The notes under the pieces are model-generated. The model had not been told where the DNA came from. It saw nothing but the letters and a program-made list of their open reading frames with translations, and ran no database searches. The position numbers were made by a program, and so were the translations under genes. Shown piece by piece: positions 1 through 9,809 of a DNA stretch of 64,000 nt. Numbering within the stretch: position 1 is the stretch's first letter; each line of letters opens with the position of its first letter. This DNA is from Longimicrobiales bacterium (lineage in GTDB: Bacteria > Gemmatimonadota > Gemmatimonadetes > Longimicrobiales > Gaopeijiaceae): contig CBDDCX010000007.1 in the NCBI GenBank assembly GCA_965226375.1, positions 288,001-352,000 of the forward strand. The letters are read 5' to 3'.

Positions 1-1470
1 GCCGGCGCCGCCGGCCATGACATACCGTTGTTGACCGTTCCCGTCTTCGAGACCGAGGACGGAGCGGCTCCGGTTCTTCCCGCGGATCTCGAGCAGGTCG
101 CCTCCGGGTCGTACCTGGCCGAAGACCTCAAGGGCAAGCTGGGTGAGTCCGTTGTCGCCTACCTGGGGGGGGATGAGGGCCCCCGTCGGCTTCTTTTGTT
201 GGGCGCCGGGAAAGCGGCGGATCTCGATGCCGAGTCGCTTCGACGGTGGGCCGGCCACGCGGTTCGAGCGGCGGAGTCGATCGGTGTAGCGGGGATCGGT
301 GTGTACCTGGGGGGGATGGAGAACGCCGGGTCGGAGCACGCCGGACAGGCGACCACGGAGGGGGCCGTCTTGGCGGCCTGGCGTTTCACGGAGATGAAGA
401 GCACCCCCGCCGGAGACGATCCACCCACCGAGGTGGCCGACTTCACGGTCATGGCCGAACCACAAGAGCTGGAAGAGGCGGGGCGGGGCGCAGAGGCCGG
501 GGCGATCATCGGCCGGGCGGCCAACTTCGCTCGCACGCTCCAGTCGCGACCGGGCAACGTTGCGACGCCGACCCACCTGGGCGACGAGGCCTCGAGAATG
601 GCCGCAGAGCGGGGGCTCGACGTCACCGTGATGGGGCCGGACGAGCTCCGGGGGGAACACATGCACGCTCTCCTCGCCGTGGCTCAGGGCTCGGACCAGG
701 AGCCGAGACTGATCGTCCTCCGACATGACGGTGGGGAAGAGGGCGCCGCTCCGTTGGTCCTGGTGGGGAAGGGGCTCACCTTCGACGCGGGCGGAATCTC
801 CATCAAACCCGCTTCGGGCATGGAGGACATGATCTTCGATATGTCCGGTGGAGCCGCGGTCATCGGCGCCATGCAGGCCGTGGCAGAGCTGAAGGTGCCG
901 CTGAACGTGGTGGGCATCGTGCCGTCGTCGGAAAACCTTCTCAACGGGAGCGCCCTCAAGCCCGGGGACATCATCGGATCCCGCGAGGGCAAGACGATCG
1001 AGGTCGTCAATACCGATGCGGAAGGTCGCCTGATCCTGGCCGACGCCCTCTCGTACGCGCAGAGCCTGGGGCCTGCCGCCATCGTCGACTGTGCCACGTT
1101 GACCGGTTCCGTGGTCATCGCGTTGGGGCATCACGCGGCCGCGGTCATAGGCACGGACGGTGATCTGGTGGACGAGCTCCGCGCGGCCGGAGACCAGGCC
1201 GGTGAGCGATGTTGGCCACTCCCGTTGTGGGACGAATATCGCCGGCAGATCGACAGCAAGGTGGCCGACATCGTTAATGTCGGTGGGCGCCCGGGAGGGA
1301 GTATCACGGCGGCCGCCTTTCTCAGTGAGTTCGTGGGGGACTGTACGTGGGCCCACCTGGACATCGCGGGCACCGCCTACGGAGAGGGCAAGCTCCCCTA
1401 TCAGCGCAAGGGGGCCGCGGGCTTCCCGACAAGGCTGCTCGTTCAATGGGTTCGGAGCCGGGCGGCGTGA
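1..1470 (+). CDS. pepA: Leucyl aminopeptidase (M17), 5' partial
   Basis: Motifs VGKGLTFDAGG, DMSGGA, NTDAEGRL and HLDIAG. The frame is open from base 1, so the true start lies upstream of the window. Confidence 0.95.
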   Translation, partial: AGAAGHDIPLLTVPVFETEDGAAPVLPADLEQVASGSYLAEDLKGKLGESVVAYLGGDEGPRRLLLLGAGKAADLDAESLRRWAGHAVRAAESIGVAGIGVYLGGMENAGSEHAGQATTEGAVLAAWRFTEMKSTPAGDDPPTEVADFTVMAEPQELEEAGRGAEAGAIIGRAANFARTLQSRPGNVATPTHLGDEASRMAAERGLDVTVMGPDELRGEHMHALLAVAQGSDQEPRLIVLRHDGGEEGAAPLVLVGKGLTFDAGGISIKPASGMEDMIFDMSGGAAVIGAMQAVAELKVPLNVVGIVPSSENLLNGSALKPGDIIGSREGKTIEVVNTDAEGRLILADALSYAQSLGPAAIVDCATLTGSVVIALGHHAAAVIGTDGDLVDELRAAGDQAGERCWPLPLWDEYRRQIDSKVADIVNVGGRPGGSITAAAFLSEFVGDCTWAHLDIAGTAYGEGKLPYQRKGAAGFPTRLLVQWVRSRAA

Positions 1471-3587
1471 CGCCAGCGTCACGCCGCGTATACGCGCCCC
1501 GGGCCCCGACGGCCGGGGCGCGGCGCGTTTGGTACCGCGCCGCGAGAGCGCGGCGCGTTTTGTACTTGGCTCTCGGGGTGGTACTCGCCGGAGTCTTGAT
1601 GCCTCGGATGGCGAGCGCGCAGGTGACCGACACCATCCCGGTGGCGGATACCCTACAGGTGGTGGACAGCCTACAGGTGGCGGACAGTCTGCTTGCCCCG
1701 CCCGACTCACTGCGGCCCGTGACTCCGGACTCGCTGCGACCGGTGCTGACTGAGGCAGAACAGCAGGCGCTCGACTCCCTCGCGGCGGTGGTCGACTGGC
1801 TGACCCAGCAGGTGGACACCTTCCCTCGCTTTCCCGCAGGCGTCGGGCCTTCATGGGAAGCCGCCGTGTGGAGTTGGGATCGTGCGGCGTTGAGGGCTAC
1901 CCGAGCCATAACGCTCGCCGAGTTGGTCAGTCACATTCCCGGAGTGATCCCGTTGAAAGGAGGTGACTACGGCACCCCGCAGTTCGTCACGGCGTTCGGC
2001 GTGGCTGGAGGACGCATCAGAGTTCTCTGGGACGGCTTCGAATGGCTCCCTCTGGAAGGCGGCGTGGCCGACCTCTCGCGCATAGGCCTAGGCGGGCTCG
2101 AGGAGGTGCGCGTGGAGCGTCATCCCGGCGAACTGCGCATCGAGATTCGCACCCTGGAACCCACGGACCCCGAGCCTGTGACGTCGTTGGATGTGGGCAC
2201 CGGTGACTTGGGCACCAACCTGCTCCGCGGTGTCCTTGCCCATCCCCACACGCTCGGTGGGTCCCTCACCTTCACGCTGGACCGGTTGGAGACCCGCGGT
2301 CCGGCCCTCGACGCCGCCGGTGCCTTGAGTGGAGTCGGGCTTAGATACGCCCTCGCCCGTAACAAGCGGGGCGGGGTGTCGGCGGAGTTCCGACGATTCG
2401 CCGCCAAGAGCTCGGTCGAGGACTTTTCGACCACGCTCACCCGTAATGACTGGAATGTGAGAGGAAGATGGCGCTTTACCGAGGACGTGATCGGTGAAGC
2501 GTTCGGGGGAGCTTCGTCGATCTCCGGTGATGCCGACGATCCCGTGTTCGGCGGTGTGGCCGTCAAACGCTCTCAACTCGGACTCCGTGCCGGCTACGAG
2601 AGGGGGGGAGTGTGGGGGAACGGGACTGCCCGGTTCTTGGACGGTGACGGTCTGCCGACCGGTACGTACGAGTTGGCGGTGGGCGGTTCCCACCCGCGGG
2701 CGCTTTCGGTCGATGGTTCCCTGCGTCTGGAGAGCTGGTCCGAGGAGAGCGCTTCATCCTGGAGGGCTCGTGTCACGACGGCACCGGTTCTGGGGGTGTC
2801 CCTATTCGCCTCCTATGAGGATGGCAGGAGCGGTGTGCCCTTCGTGGGCGATTTCGAGGAATACCTCCGATCTCTAGAGCCGCCGCCGGAGGATTCGCTG
2901 GGCGTGGAGCCCGACCCGGAGCCACAAGACAGCGTCCAGCCGCTCGAAGAGCCAGTGGCTCGGTTCACGGACCGGACCGGTATACGGGCCGGAGCGACCC
3001 TCGCCTGGCGGACGCTAAGCTTGTCTGGAGCCTGGCTCTCGATGGAGACCGATTCGCTCCGCCCCCTGGGCCTTCCCCTCGATCGGGGTGCGATAGCCCT
3101 TGAAGGCGAAGAGCGGACGGGCTACGAGCTGTCCGCCAGCCTACCCCTCCCGATCCCGGGCTTCCGGGTCGACGCGGCCGTACAGTCGTGGGACCAGGAG
3201 TTGCCCTACCTCCCCAAGCGAACCTGGGACGGGTCCATCACGTACCACCGTGTCTTCAAGGAATCGAGTAATCTCGAGCTTTGGGGGACGCTCGGAGTGA
3301 CCGGTCACGAGGGCATGCTCATCCCCATCGTCGATCCGGATCCGCCGCCGGACGATCCCTTGGACACACCTGGGGAAGATCCCGACGAGGAGCCGAGTGG
3401 ACCGATTCTGCTGCGTATGCCCCTCTACAGGGACGTATACGCGCTGATTCAGGTACGGGTCGTGACTGTGAACATCTTCGTGCGCGTCGAGAACGTCGCG
3501 GGCAAGGCAGACAACTTCGATTTTCCCGATCGTCAGCAGCCCCGCTTCCGCACCTTGTACGGGGTACGTTGGACCTTGAATAATTAG
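1467..3587 (+). CDS. Exported outer-membrane protein with TonB-dependent receptor plug-like N-terminal region
   Basis: GTG overlaps the pepA stop. Signal peptide ends ASAQ, followed by a plug-like segment (LAELVSHIPGV...VLWDGFE) and a beta-strand-rich C-terminal half ending YGVRWTLNN. Confidence 0.6.
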   Translation: MTPASRRVYAPRAPTAGARRVWYRAARARRVLYLALGVVLAGVLMPRMASAQVTDTIPVADTLQVVDSLQVADSLLAPPDSLRPVTPDSLRPVLTEAEQQALDSLAAVVDWLTQQVDTFPRFPAGVGPSWEAAVWSWDRAALRATRAITLAELVSHIPGVIPLKGGDYGTPQFVTAFGVAGGRIRVLWDGFEWLPLEGGVADLSRIGLGGLEEVRVERHPGELRIEIRTLEPTDPEPVTSLDVGTGDLGTNLLRGVLAHPHTLGGSLTFTLDRLETRGPALDAAGALSGVGLRYALARNKRGGVSAEFRRFAAKSSVEDFSTTLTRNDWNVRGRWRFTEDVIGEAFGGASSISGDADDPVFGGVAVKRSQLGLRAGYERGGVWGNGTARFLDGDGLPTGTYELAVGGSHPRALSVDGSLRLESWSEESASSWRARVTTAPVLGVSLFASYEDGRSGVPFVGDFEEYLRSLEPPPEDSLGVEPDPEPQDSVQPLEEPVARFTDRTGIRAGATLAWRTLSLSGAWLSMETDSLRPLGLPLDRGAIALEGEERTGYELSASLPLPIPGFRVDAAVQSWDQELPYLPKRTWDGSITYHRVFKESSNLELWGTLGVTGHEGMLIPIVDPDPPPDDPLDTPGEDPDEEPSGPILLRMPLYRDVYALIQVRVVTVNIFVRVENVAGKADNFDFPDRQQPRFRTLYGVRWTLNN

Positions 3588-3670
3588 ATGGATCCGGTCC
3601 ATGGCGGGCCTGCCGAGAGGGCTCGCCCGAGGTATGATCCTCTCTCACCGATTGATAGGGAAGTTCTGAC

Positions 3671-4564
3671 ATGATTCGAAGCATGACCGGGTTCGGCGAG
3701 GCCGAGGAGGTCACCGACGCCGGCTTGGTGCGTGTCGAGATGAAGACGGTGAACCATCGGTTCTTCAACGCGAGCCTGCGGACACCGCCCGGTTTCGACC
3801 GGCTAGAGGCAGAGATTCAGTCGTGGATGCGCTCTGTCATCGGGCGCGGCCATGTGACGTACAGCCTTGCCTTGGACCGGGGTCTCGCCGCCCAGGACCA
3901 GGAGCTTCCGGAACTCGATCTCGATAAGGCCACGCGGTACAAGGAGTTGCTCGAAACCCTCAGACATGATCTGGATCTCGAAGGGGCGGTCGAATTGTCG
4001 CACGTGGCCCGCTTCGGGGAGATCTTTCGGGCTCCGATTCCGTCGAGCCCCTCGGCCGATGTGGACGACGCCCTGGTCAAGAGGCTCACGGAACAGGCGG
4101 CCGCCGCGGTCGTCCGCATGCGCGAAACCGAGGGGGCCAGACTGCAGGCCGATCTCGAGGAGCGGCTGACCGCTATCCTCGCGCATCTGGCCGTCATAGA
4201 GCGACGCGCACCTGAGCGCCTGATCCAAGAACGGAATCGGCTTCGCGAGGCGGTCGCCGAGCTCATGGAGGGCCACCCCGCCGACGAGGACCGGCTGGCA
4301 CGAGAGATCGCCTACCTGGCTGAGAAGTGGGACATCAACGAAGAGCTCGTGCGTTTCCGATCCCACGTCGAACTCTTTGGTGAGACGCTGGCGAGCGATT
4401 CCGCGGAGCCGGTTGGCAAACGTCTGGGATTCGTGATCCAGGAGATGAACCGGGAGGCCAACACCATCGGGTCCAAGGCCAACGACTCGGAGATCAGTCA
4501 GGCGGCCGTGTCACTCAAGGAAGAGATCGAGCGTCTCCGCGAGCAGTTGGAGAACGTGGAGTGA
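3671..4564 (+). CDS. yicC: YicC/YloC family endoribonuclease
   Basis: MIRSMTGFG start, VNHRF, DINEELVR, GKRLGF..QEMNREANTIGSK and EQLENVE end; lies upstream of gmk. Confidence 0.95.
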   Translation: MIRSMTGFGEAEEVTDAGLVRVEMKTVNHRFFNASLRTPPGFDRLEAEIQSWMRSVIGRGHVTYSLALDRGLAAQDQELPELDLDKATRYKELLETLRHDLDLEGAVELSHVARFGEIFRAPIPSSPSADVDDALVKRLTEQAAAAVVRMRETEGARLQADLEERLTAILAHLAVIERRAPERLIQERNRLREAVAELMEGHPADEDRLAREIAYLAEKWDINEELVRFRSHVELFGETLASDSAEPVGKRLGFVIQEMNREANTIGSKANDSEISQAAVSLKEEIERLREQLENVE

Positions 4565-5229
4565 GCTCGGACGGCCTCCGTGCACCTGCGCTGGTCCTGT
4601 CGGCGCCGAGTGGGGCGGGCAAGACCTCGATCGCAAAGGCCCTGGTCAGAGGGTGGGACGACTCAGTGTTTTCGGTTTCCGCCACGACTCGCCCGGCCAG
4701 GGAGCACGAGACCGAGGGTGTGCACTACCACTTCCTGGAAGAGTCCGACTTCCAGGCGATGCTGGACGCCGGCCAACTGTTGGAGTGGGCCGAGGTGCAC
4801 GGCCACATGTACGGTACGCCGATAGCCAACCTCGATGCTGCGAGGCGGGAAGGGATGCACCTCATCTTGGACATCGACGTCCAGGGGGCCATGCAAGTCC
4901 GCACCCGTGTCTCTGACGCGTTGCTGGTCTTTGTGCTTCCGCCCTCGGCCGACGCACTGGTCCACCGTCTCAGAGGGCGGGGAACCGAGAACGACGAGAT
5001 CGTCGAGCGCCGGCTGCGAAACGCCCGGGGGGAGCTAGAGCGGGCTTTCGACTTCGACCATGTGGTGGTCAACGAGAATCTCGATCAGGCGGTGGCAGAA
5101 GTAAGGGCCATCTCGCTCGGCGAGGCGACTCCGGCCTCGGGGGCCATCGACTTATCGGGCACGATTCGCGAACTTCAAAGGCGAATCGACGAAATCCTCG
5201 CGGCGGGCTTCAACTCCGCTTCGAACTGA
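4561..5229 (+). CDS. gmk: Guanylate kinase
   Basis: SAPSGAGKT P-loop, SVSATTR, EWAEVHG..YGT and DIDVQGA. Confidence 0.96.
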   Translation: MSSDGLRAPALVLSAPSGAGKTSIAKALVRGWDDSVFSVSATTRPAREHETEGVHYHFLEESDFQAMLDAGQLLEWAEVHGHMYGTPIANLDAARREGMHLILDIDVQGAMQVRTRVSDALLVFVLPPSADALVHRLRGRGTENDEIVERRLRNARGELERAFDFDHVVVNENLDQAVAEVRAISLGEATPASGAIDLSGTIRELQRRIDEILAAGFNSASN

Positions 5230-5333
5230 GGTACGTTAAGTGCCTTTCCGGCTCGATTCGCGAGCTTCAAAGGCGAATCGACGAAATCCTCGCGGCGGGC
5301 TTCAACTCTGCCCCGAGATGAAGTACCCTAAGT
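5158..5333 (+). repeat. Imperfect direct repeat (~84 bp, 92-bp period) duplicating the gmk 3' end
   Basis: 5158-5241 vs 5250-5333; the core CGATTCGCGA(A/G)CTTCAAAGGCGAATCGACGAAATCCTCGCGGCGGGCTTCAACTC is shared. Confidence 0.95.
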
Positions 5334-5368
5334 CATTGTCATAATTGAACGTAAGAGGGAGTTGGCTG

Positions 5369-5584
5369 ATGCGCGTATTCACACCCGACGAGTCTGCTAA
5401 GCACACCCAGAGCAAGTATCTCGGCGTGCTCGTCGCAGCGAAGTACGCTCGGGAGCTCAACGCGTTGCCGAGGGAAACGCTCCCTCTCGGTGAGGAGAAG
5501 AAGCTCACCACCAAGTCGCTGGAGGCACTCACCTCCGGACAGATCGAGTTCCGCCTGGTAGGACGCCGGAAGCGGGAGGATTAA
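5369..5584 (+). CDS. rpoZ: RNA polymerase omega subunit
   Basis: SKYLGVLVAAKYAREL motif, position between gmk and coaBC, and a purine-rich RBS before ATG 5369. Confidence 0.88.
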   Translation: MRVFTPDESAKHTQSKYLGVLVAAKYARELNALPRETLPLGEEKKLTTKSLEALTSGQIEFRLVGRRKRED

Positions 5585-5633
5585 CCTCCACCGGCGGTAG
5601 CCCGGTCAGCGCTGCGAAAGAGAGCGAGGGACC

Positions 5634-6875
5634 TTGCCCGGAAGTGTATTGGGTCCGCGGCGTCCCTGGGATGGTCGTCGTGTCGTCCTGGGAGTCACAG
5701 GCGGGATCGCCGCCTACAAGGCGGTTCAGCTCGCCCGTGATCTCACCCGTCTCGGAGCGATCGTGGACGCGGTGCTCACTCGGGGTGCTCAGCAGTTCAT
5801 CCAAGCCCTCTCCTTCGAGGGAGTAACGGGCCGTCCGGCCCTGACCGAGCTCTTTTCCACGGAGGGTGCGGCGCTCCACATTCGGCTCGGGCAAGACGCG
5901 GACGTGGTGTGCGTGGCTCCGGCCACGGCCGATTTCCTGGCCCGGGCTGCCCAAGGCAGGGCGAACGATCTTCTCACGACCACCTTGTTGGCCACACGAG
6001 CCCCGGTCGTGCTCTGTCCCGCCATGAACGATCGTATGTTCGCGCATGCCCAGACGCGGGCGAACGTCGCTCACCTGCGCGACGCCCTGTCCTATCGGAT
6101 CGCCGGCCCGGCTGTGGGTCCCTTGGCGTTCGGCGAGGGTGAGGGACCGGGCAGAATGCTCGAGCCGGCGGACATCATCGAGGAGATCGGCCGGGCTCTG
6201 GCTCCGCCTTCGACACTCACGGGCAAGCGGGTTCTTGTCACGGCGGGTCCCACGCGAGAACCGATCGATCCGGTGCGTTACGTGGGGAATCGGTCCTCGG
6301 GTCGTATGGGCTTTGCCCTGGCGGCGGCCGCTTGGAGGCGAGGGGCTGAGGTCACGGTGGTATCCGGCCCGGTGGCACTCGGGGAACCACACGGGGTCGA
6401 GGTCATTCGCGTGGAGACGGCCCGGGAGATGTTCGATCAGGTGTCCGGCAGCTTGCCCGAAGTCGATGTATCGATCTTCGCGTCGGCCGTCTCCGACTTC
6501 CGCCCCGTGGATGCCGCGCAGGGCAAGCTCAAGAGAGCCGAAGTGGGTCCGGAGCTGGCTCTGCGCCTTATCGAGAACCCGGATGTGGCGGGAGAGACCC
6601 GGGAGCGGCGTAAAGAAGGATCCGTTGTGGTGGGATTCGCCCTGGAGACCGAGGCCTTGCTGGAGAACGGGCAGAAGAAGCTGGAGACCAAGGACCTCGA
6701 CCTCCTGGTTGCCAACGATGCCACCGAGAAGGGTGCCGGATTCGAGGTGGAGACCAATCGAGTGACGCTGCTCACCGACGGAGGGCCCAGCGAGGAGCTC
6801 CCGCTCATGAGCAAGAATGAGGTGGCCGAGATCATCCTTGACCGGGTCACGCGTCTCCTGGAGAGCCGCCCGTGA
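5634..6875 (+). CDS. coaBC: Phosphopantothenoylcysteine decarboxylase/ligase
   Basis: GVTGGIAAYK, PAMN, VTAGPTREPIDPVRY.GNRSSG.MG and GFALET. Confidence 0.96.
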   Translation: MPGSVLGPRRPWDGRRVVLGVTGGIAAYKAVQLARDLTRLGAIVDAVLTRGAQQFIQALSFEGVTGRPALTELFSTEGAALHIRLGQDADVVCVAPATADFLARAAQGRANDLLTTTLLATRAPVVLCPAMNDRMFAHAQTRANVAHLRDALSYRIAGPAVGPLAFGEGEGPGRMLEPADIIEEIGRALAPPSTLTGKRVLVTAGPTREPIDPVRYVGNRSSGRMGFALAAAAWRRGAEVTVVSGPVALGEPHGVEVIRVETAREMFDQVSGSLPEVDVSIFASAVSDFRPVDAAQGKLKRAEVGPELALRLIENPDVAGETRERRKEGSVVVGFALETEALLENGQKKLETKDLDLLVANDATEKGAGFEVETNRVTLLTDGGPSEELPLMSKNEVAEIILDRVTRLLESRP

Positions 6876-7681
6876 GCCGCAGCTCCCGGGAGATCGAACA
6901 GGTCGCGCGCTTCCTGGGGCAGAAGAAGGAGCTCGGTGAGCCCGAGCTGTACCTGGACGAGCTTTCCAGGGCCGAGGTCCTGGCGGCGACGGCCAAGGCG
7001 TTCGCCATGACCCGCTCGACCGGTACCGAGAGGGCGGCCTCCGCGCCGACGGGTACCGAAAGAGCGGCCGCCGCCTCGACCGAGCGACCCGCTACGGACA
7101 CCGTCGCGCCGCCACCCGACATTGGCGGCTCGGACTATCCGGCCCTCAAGGCCGCTGCCGAGGCGTGCCAACTCTGTAGGTTGGCGCGGACGAGAACCCA
7201 CGTGGTCTTCTCCGACGGAAATCCGAACGCCCGGCTCATGGTCGTCGGAGAGGCCCCAGGTGCCAACGAGGACAAGACCGGCCTTCCGTTCGTCGGGCAG
7301 GCGGGAAAACTTCTCGATCTTCTCTTGGCGTCGGTGGGCCTGTCCAGGCAGGATTCCGTGTACATCTGTAATGTGCTCAAGTGTCGCCCGCCGGGAAATC
7401 GAGATCCGATGGCCGACGAAATCGAGCTCTGTGCCCCCTACCTCAAGCGGCAGATTGCGCTGGTCGCGCCGGAGGTTATTCTGGCCGTGGGTACCTTCGC
7501 CGCTCAGCTCCTGACGGCGGCCAATCGACCACTTGGGAAGCTGCGAGGCTCCGTGTATAGCTACGAAGGCGTTCCCCTTGTGGTCACCTACCACCCGGCG
7601 GCGCTGCTTCGAAACTCGGGCTGGACGCGTTCGACTTGGGACGACCTCCAGCTCCTGCGACAAGTGATGGATCAGCCCTGA
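6872..7681 (+). CDS. Uracil-DNA glycosylase family 4
   Basis: CxxC, GEAPGANED, PFVGQAG, KCRPPGNR and TYHPAALLR; low-complexity repeated N-terminal linker. Confidence 0.93.
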   Translation: MSRSSREIEQVARFLGQKKELGEPELYLDELSRAEVLAATAKAFAMTRSTGTERAASAPTGTERAAAASTERPATDTVAPPPDIGGSDYPALKAAAEACQLCRLARTRTHVVFSDGNPNARLMVVGEAPGANEDKTGLPFVGQAGKLLDLLLASVGLSRQDSVYICNVLKCRPPGNRDPMADEIELCAPYLKRQIALVAPEVILAVGTFAAQLLTAANRPLGKLRGSVYSYEGVPLVVTYHPAALLRNSGWTRSTWDDLQLLRQVMDQP

Positions 7682-9090
7682 TGGAAACCGCATCGATTCC
7701 GGCGGCAGCACCCGAATACGACCGGCAGCCACCGTACTCTCTCGAGGCGGAGATCTCGGTACTGGGTGGCATGCTCATCGACAACGACGCCGTCGCCCGA
7801 GCCATCGAGGTGGTCGACGACTCCATGTTCTACCGCGAGGCCAACCGGCGTCTGTTCCGGTCCATGGCCCGCCTCTTCGAACGGGGTGGTGTGGTCGACG
7901 TCATCACGCTGAACGAGGAGCTCAAGAAAACCAACGAGCTCGAGTCGTCCGGCGGCGCCACCTATCTGGCGGAGTTGCTCGACGCCGTGCCCACCGCGGC
8001 CAACATCGAATACCACGCGCGCATCGTCCGGGAGAAGGCGCTCCTGAGGCGGCTCATCTCAGCGGCGTCCGACATCATCCGCGATGTCTACGACCAGGGT
8101 GAACGTGATGTGGAAGAGCTTCTGGACCATGCGGAGCAGCGGGTCTTCCGCGTAGCCGAGAGCCACGAACGCGAAGGTTTCGTCTGGATCAAGGAAATCC
8201 TGTGGCCCACCTTCGAGCATATCGAGAAGCTGCAGGAGTCCGCCGGCGGCATCACGGGCGTGCCTACCGGCTTCAAGGACCTGGACCGCATGACCACGGG
8301 CCTGCAAAAGGGTGACCTGATCATCGTTGCCGCCCGTCCGTCCATGGGGAAGACCTCCTGGGTCCTCAACGTGGCCCAGACCGCTGCGATCGAGCACAAC
8401 ACGACGGTCGCGATGTTCTCCCTGGAGATGTCCAAGGAGCAGCTCGTCCAGCGCTTCCTGTGTGCCGGGGGCCGAGTGGATGCACAGAGGTTACGCCAAG
8501 GAAAGATGAGCCCGGACGAATACCAGCGTCTTGCGGCGGCGGCGGGACACCTGAACACCGCTCCGCTTTGGATCGACGACTCCCCGGGCAGCACGGTCCT
8601 GGAAATGCGGGCCAAGGCCAGGCGGCTCAAGTCCGAAACGGATCTCGGCCTATTGATCATCGACTACATGCAGCTCATGTCGGGCGGCTACCGGACGGAG
8701 AGCCGTGTTCAGGAAGTGAGTGAGATCTCGCGCGGGCTGAAGGCTTTGGCCCGTGAGCTCGACGTGCCGGTCATTGCGCTCAGCCAGCTCAGCCGTGCTC
8801 CGGAGCAGCGGACCGACCGGCGGCCCCAACTTTCCGACCTGCGCGACTCGGGGTCCATCGAGCAGGATGCCGATCTGGTCATGTTTCTGTACCGGCCCGA
8901 ATACTATTTTGGCCCGGTGGACAAGGATGGTAACTCGATCGAGGGCAAGACGGAGCTGATCATGGCAAAACAGCGTAACGGCCCCACTGGGCTGGTGAAC
9001 CTCTTCTTCCACAAGGCCTACACGCGCTTCGACTCCGTGACCAGTGAGCAGCAGCAGGGCGAAGGCGCAGGTGGGTACGACGGTCCGTGA
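7681..9090 (+). CDS. dnaB: Replicative DNA helicase
   Basis: AARPSMGKT, IDYMQL, LSQLSR, LRDSGSIEQDAD and KQRNGP. Confidence 0.97.
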   Translation: METASIPAAAPEYDRQPPYSLEAEISVLGGMLIDNDAVARAIEVVDDSMFYREANRRLFRSMARLFERGGVVDVITLNEELKKTNELESSGGATYLAELLDAVPTAANIEYHARIVREKALLRRLISAASDIIRDVYDQGERDVEELLDHAEQRVFRVAESHEREGFVWIKEILWPTFEHIEKLQESAGGITGVPTGFKDLDRMTTGLQKGDLIIVAARPSMGKTSWVLNVAQTAAIEHNTTVAMFSLEMSKEQLVQRFLCAGGRVDAQRLRQGKMSPDEYQRLAAAAGHLNTAPLWIDDSPGSTVLEMRAKARRLKSETDLGLLIIDYMQLMSGGYRTESRVQEVSEISRGLKALARELDVPVIALSQLSRAPEQRTDRRPQLSDLRDSGSIEQDADLVMFLYRPEYYFGPVDKDGNSIEGKTELIMAKQRNGPTGLVNLFFHKAYTRFDSVTSEQQQGEGAGGYDGP

Positions 9091-9809
9091 GCGGGCCTCC
9101 AGCTGACCACGTGGAGGCGGAAAGGGCCCCGAGCGTCGGGGTCGTGGTGCCCGCGGCAGGTGTGTCTCAGCGCATGGGTGGGGCACGCAAGCAATTCCTG
9201 AGTCTGGCCGGTGAGCCGGTCCTCCTCAGGGCTGTTCGACCGTTCCTCGCTCAGTCGGGTGTGCGAGCCGTCGTCGTGGCGCTCCCCGCCGATCAGGTCG
9301 AGCCGGCCCCCTCGTGGCTCATCGACCGGGACGATCGCATCGCCGTCATCGAGGGTGGAGAGACCCGCCGAGATTCCGTATGGGCGGGCCTTCAAGCACT
9401 CCCCAAGGATCTCGATGTTGTCGTCGTCCATGATGGGGCCCGCCCCCTGGTGTCACCCGACGTGGTCGCCCGATGCATCGCCGTGGCCGGGGGCGGGGTG
9501 GGGGCCGTGGCCGGTTACCCGGCCGTGGACACGATGAAACATGTCGATGGCGCGGGGGGCGTGACCGGGACCCCCGAACGCTCGAGTCTTTGGCACGCGC
9601 AGACGCCCCAGGCCTTTCCCCGAGGCCAGATCCTGGAGGCCTATCGGCGGGCGGTAGAAGAGGATTGGCCGGCGACCGACGACGCCGGGCTGATCGAACG
9701 GATCGGAGGAGCGGTGATCATGGTGGAGTCGTCACCCACGAATCTGAAGATCACCTGCCGGGAAGACGTGGCCGTCGCCGAGTCGCTACTGGCTCGACGG
9801 GTTCCGTGA
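9087..9809 (+). CDS. ispD: 2-C-methyl-D-erythritol 4-phosphate cytidylyltransferase
   Basis: AAG.S.RMG..KQF, VHDGARP, AQTPQAF and N.KIT. Confidence 0.95.
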   Translation: MSGPPADHVEAERAPSVGVVVPAAGVSQRMGGARKQFLSLAGEPVLLRAVRPFLAQSGVRAVVVALPADQVEPAPSWLIDRDDRIAVIEGGETRRDSVWAGLQALPKDLDVVVVHDGARPLVSPDVVARCIAVAGGGVGAVAGYPAVDTMKHVDGAGGVTGTPERSSLWHAQTPQAFPRGQILEAYRRAVEEDWPATDDAGLIERIGGAVIMVESSPTNLKITCREDVAVAESLLARRVP

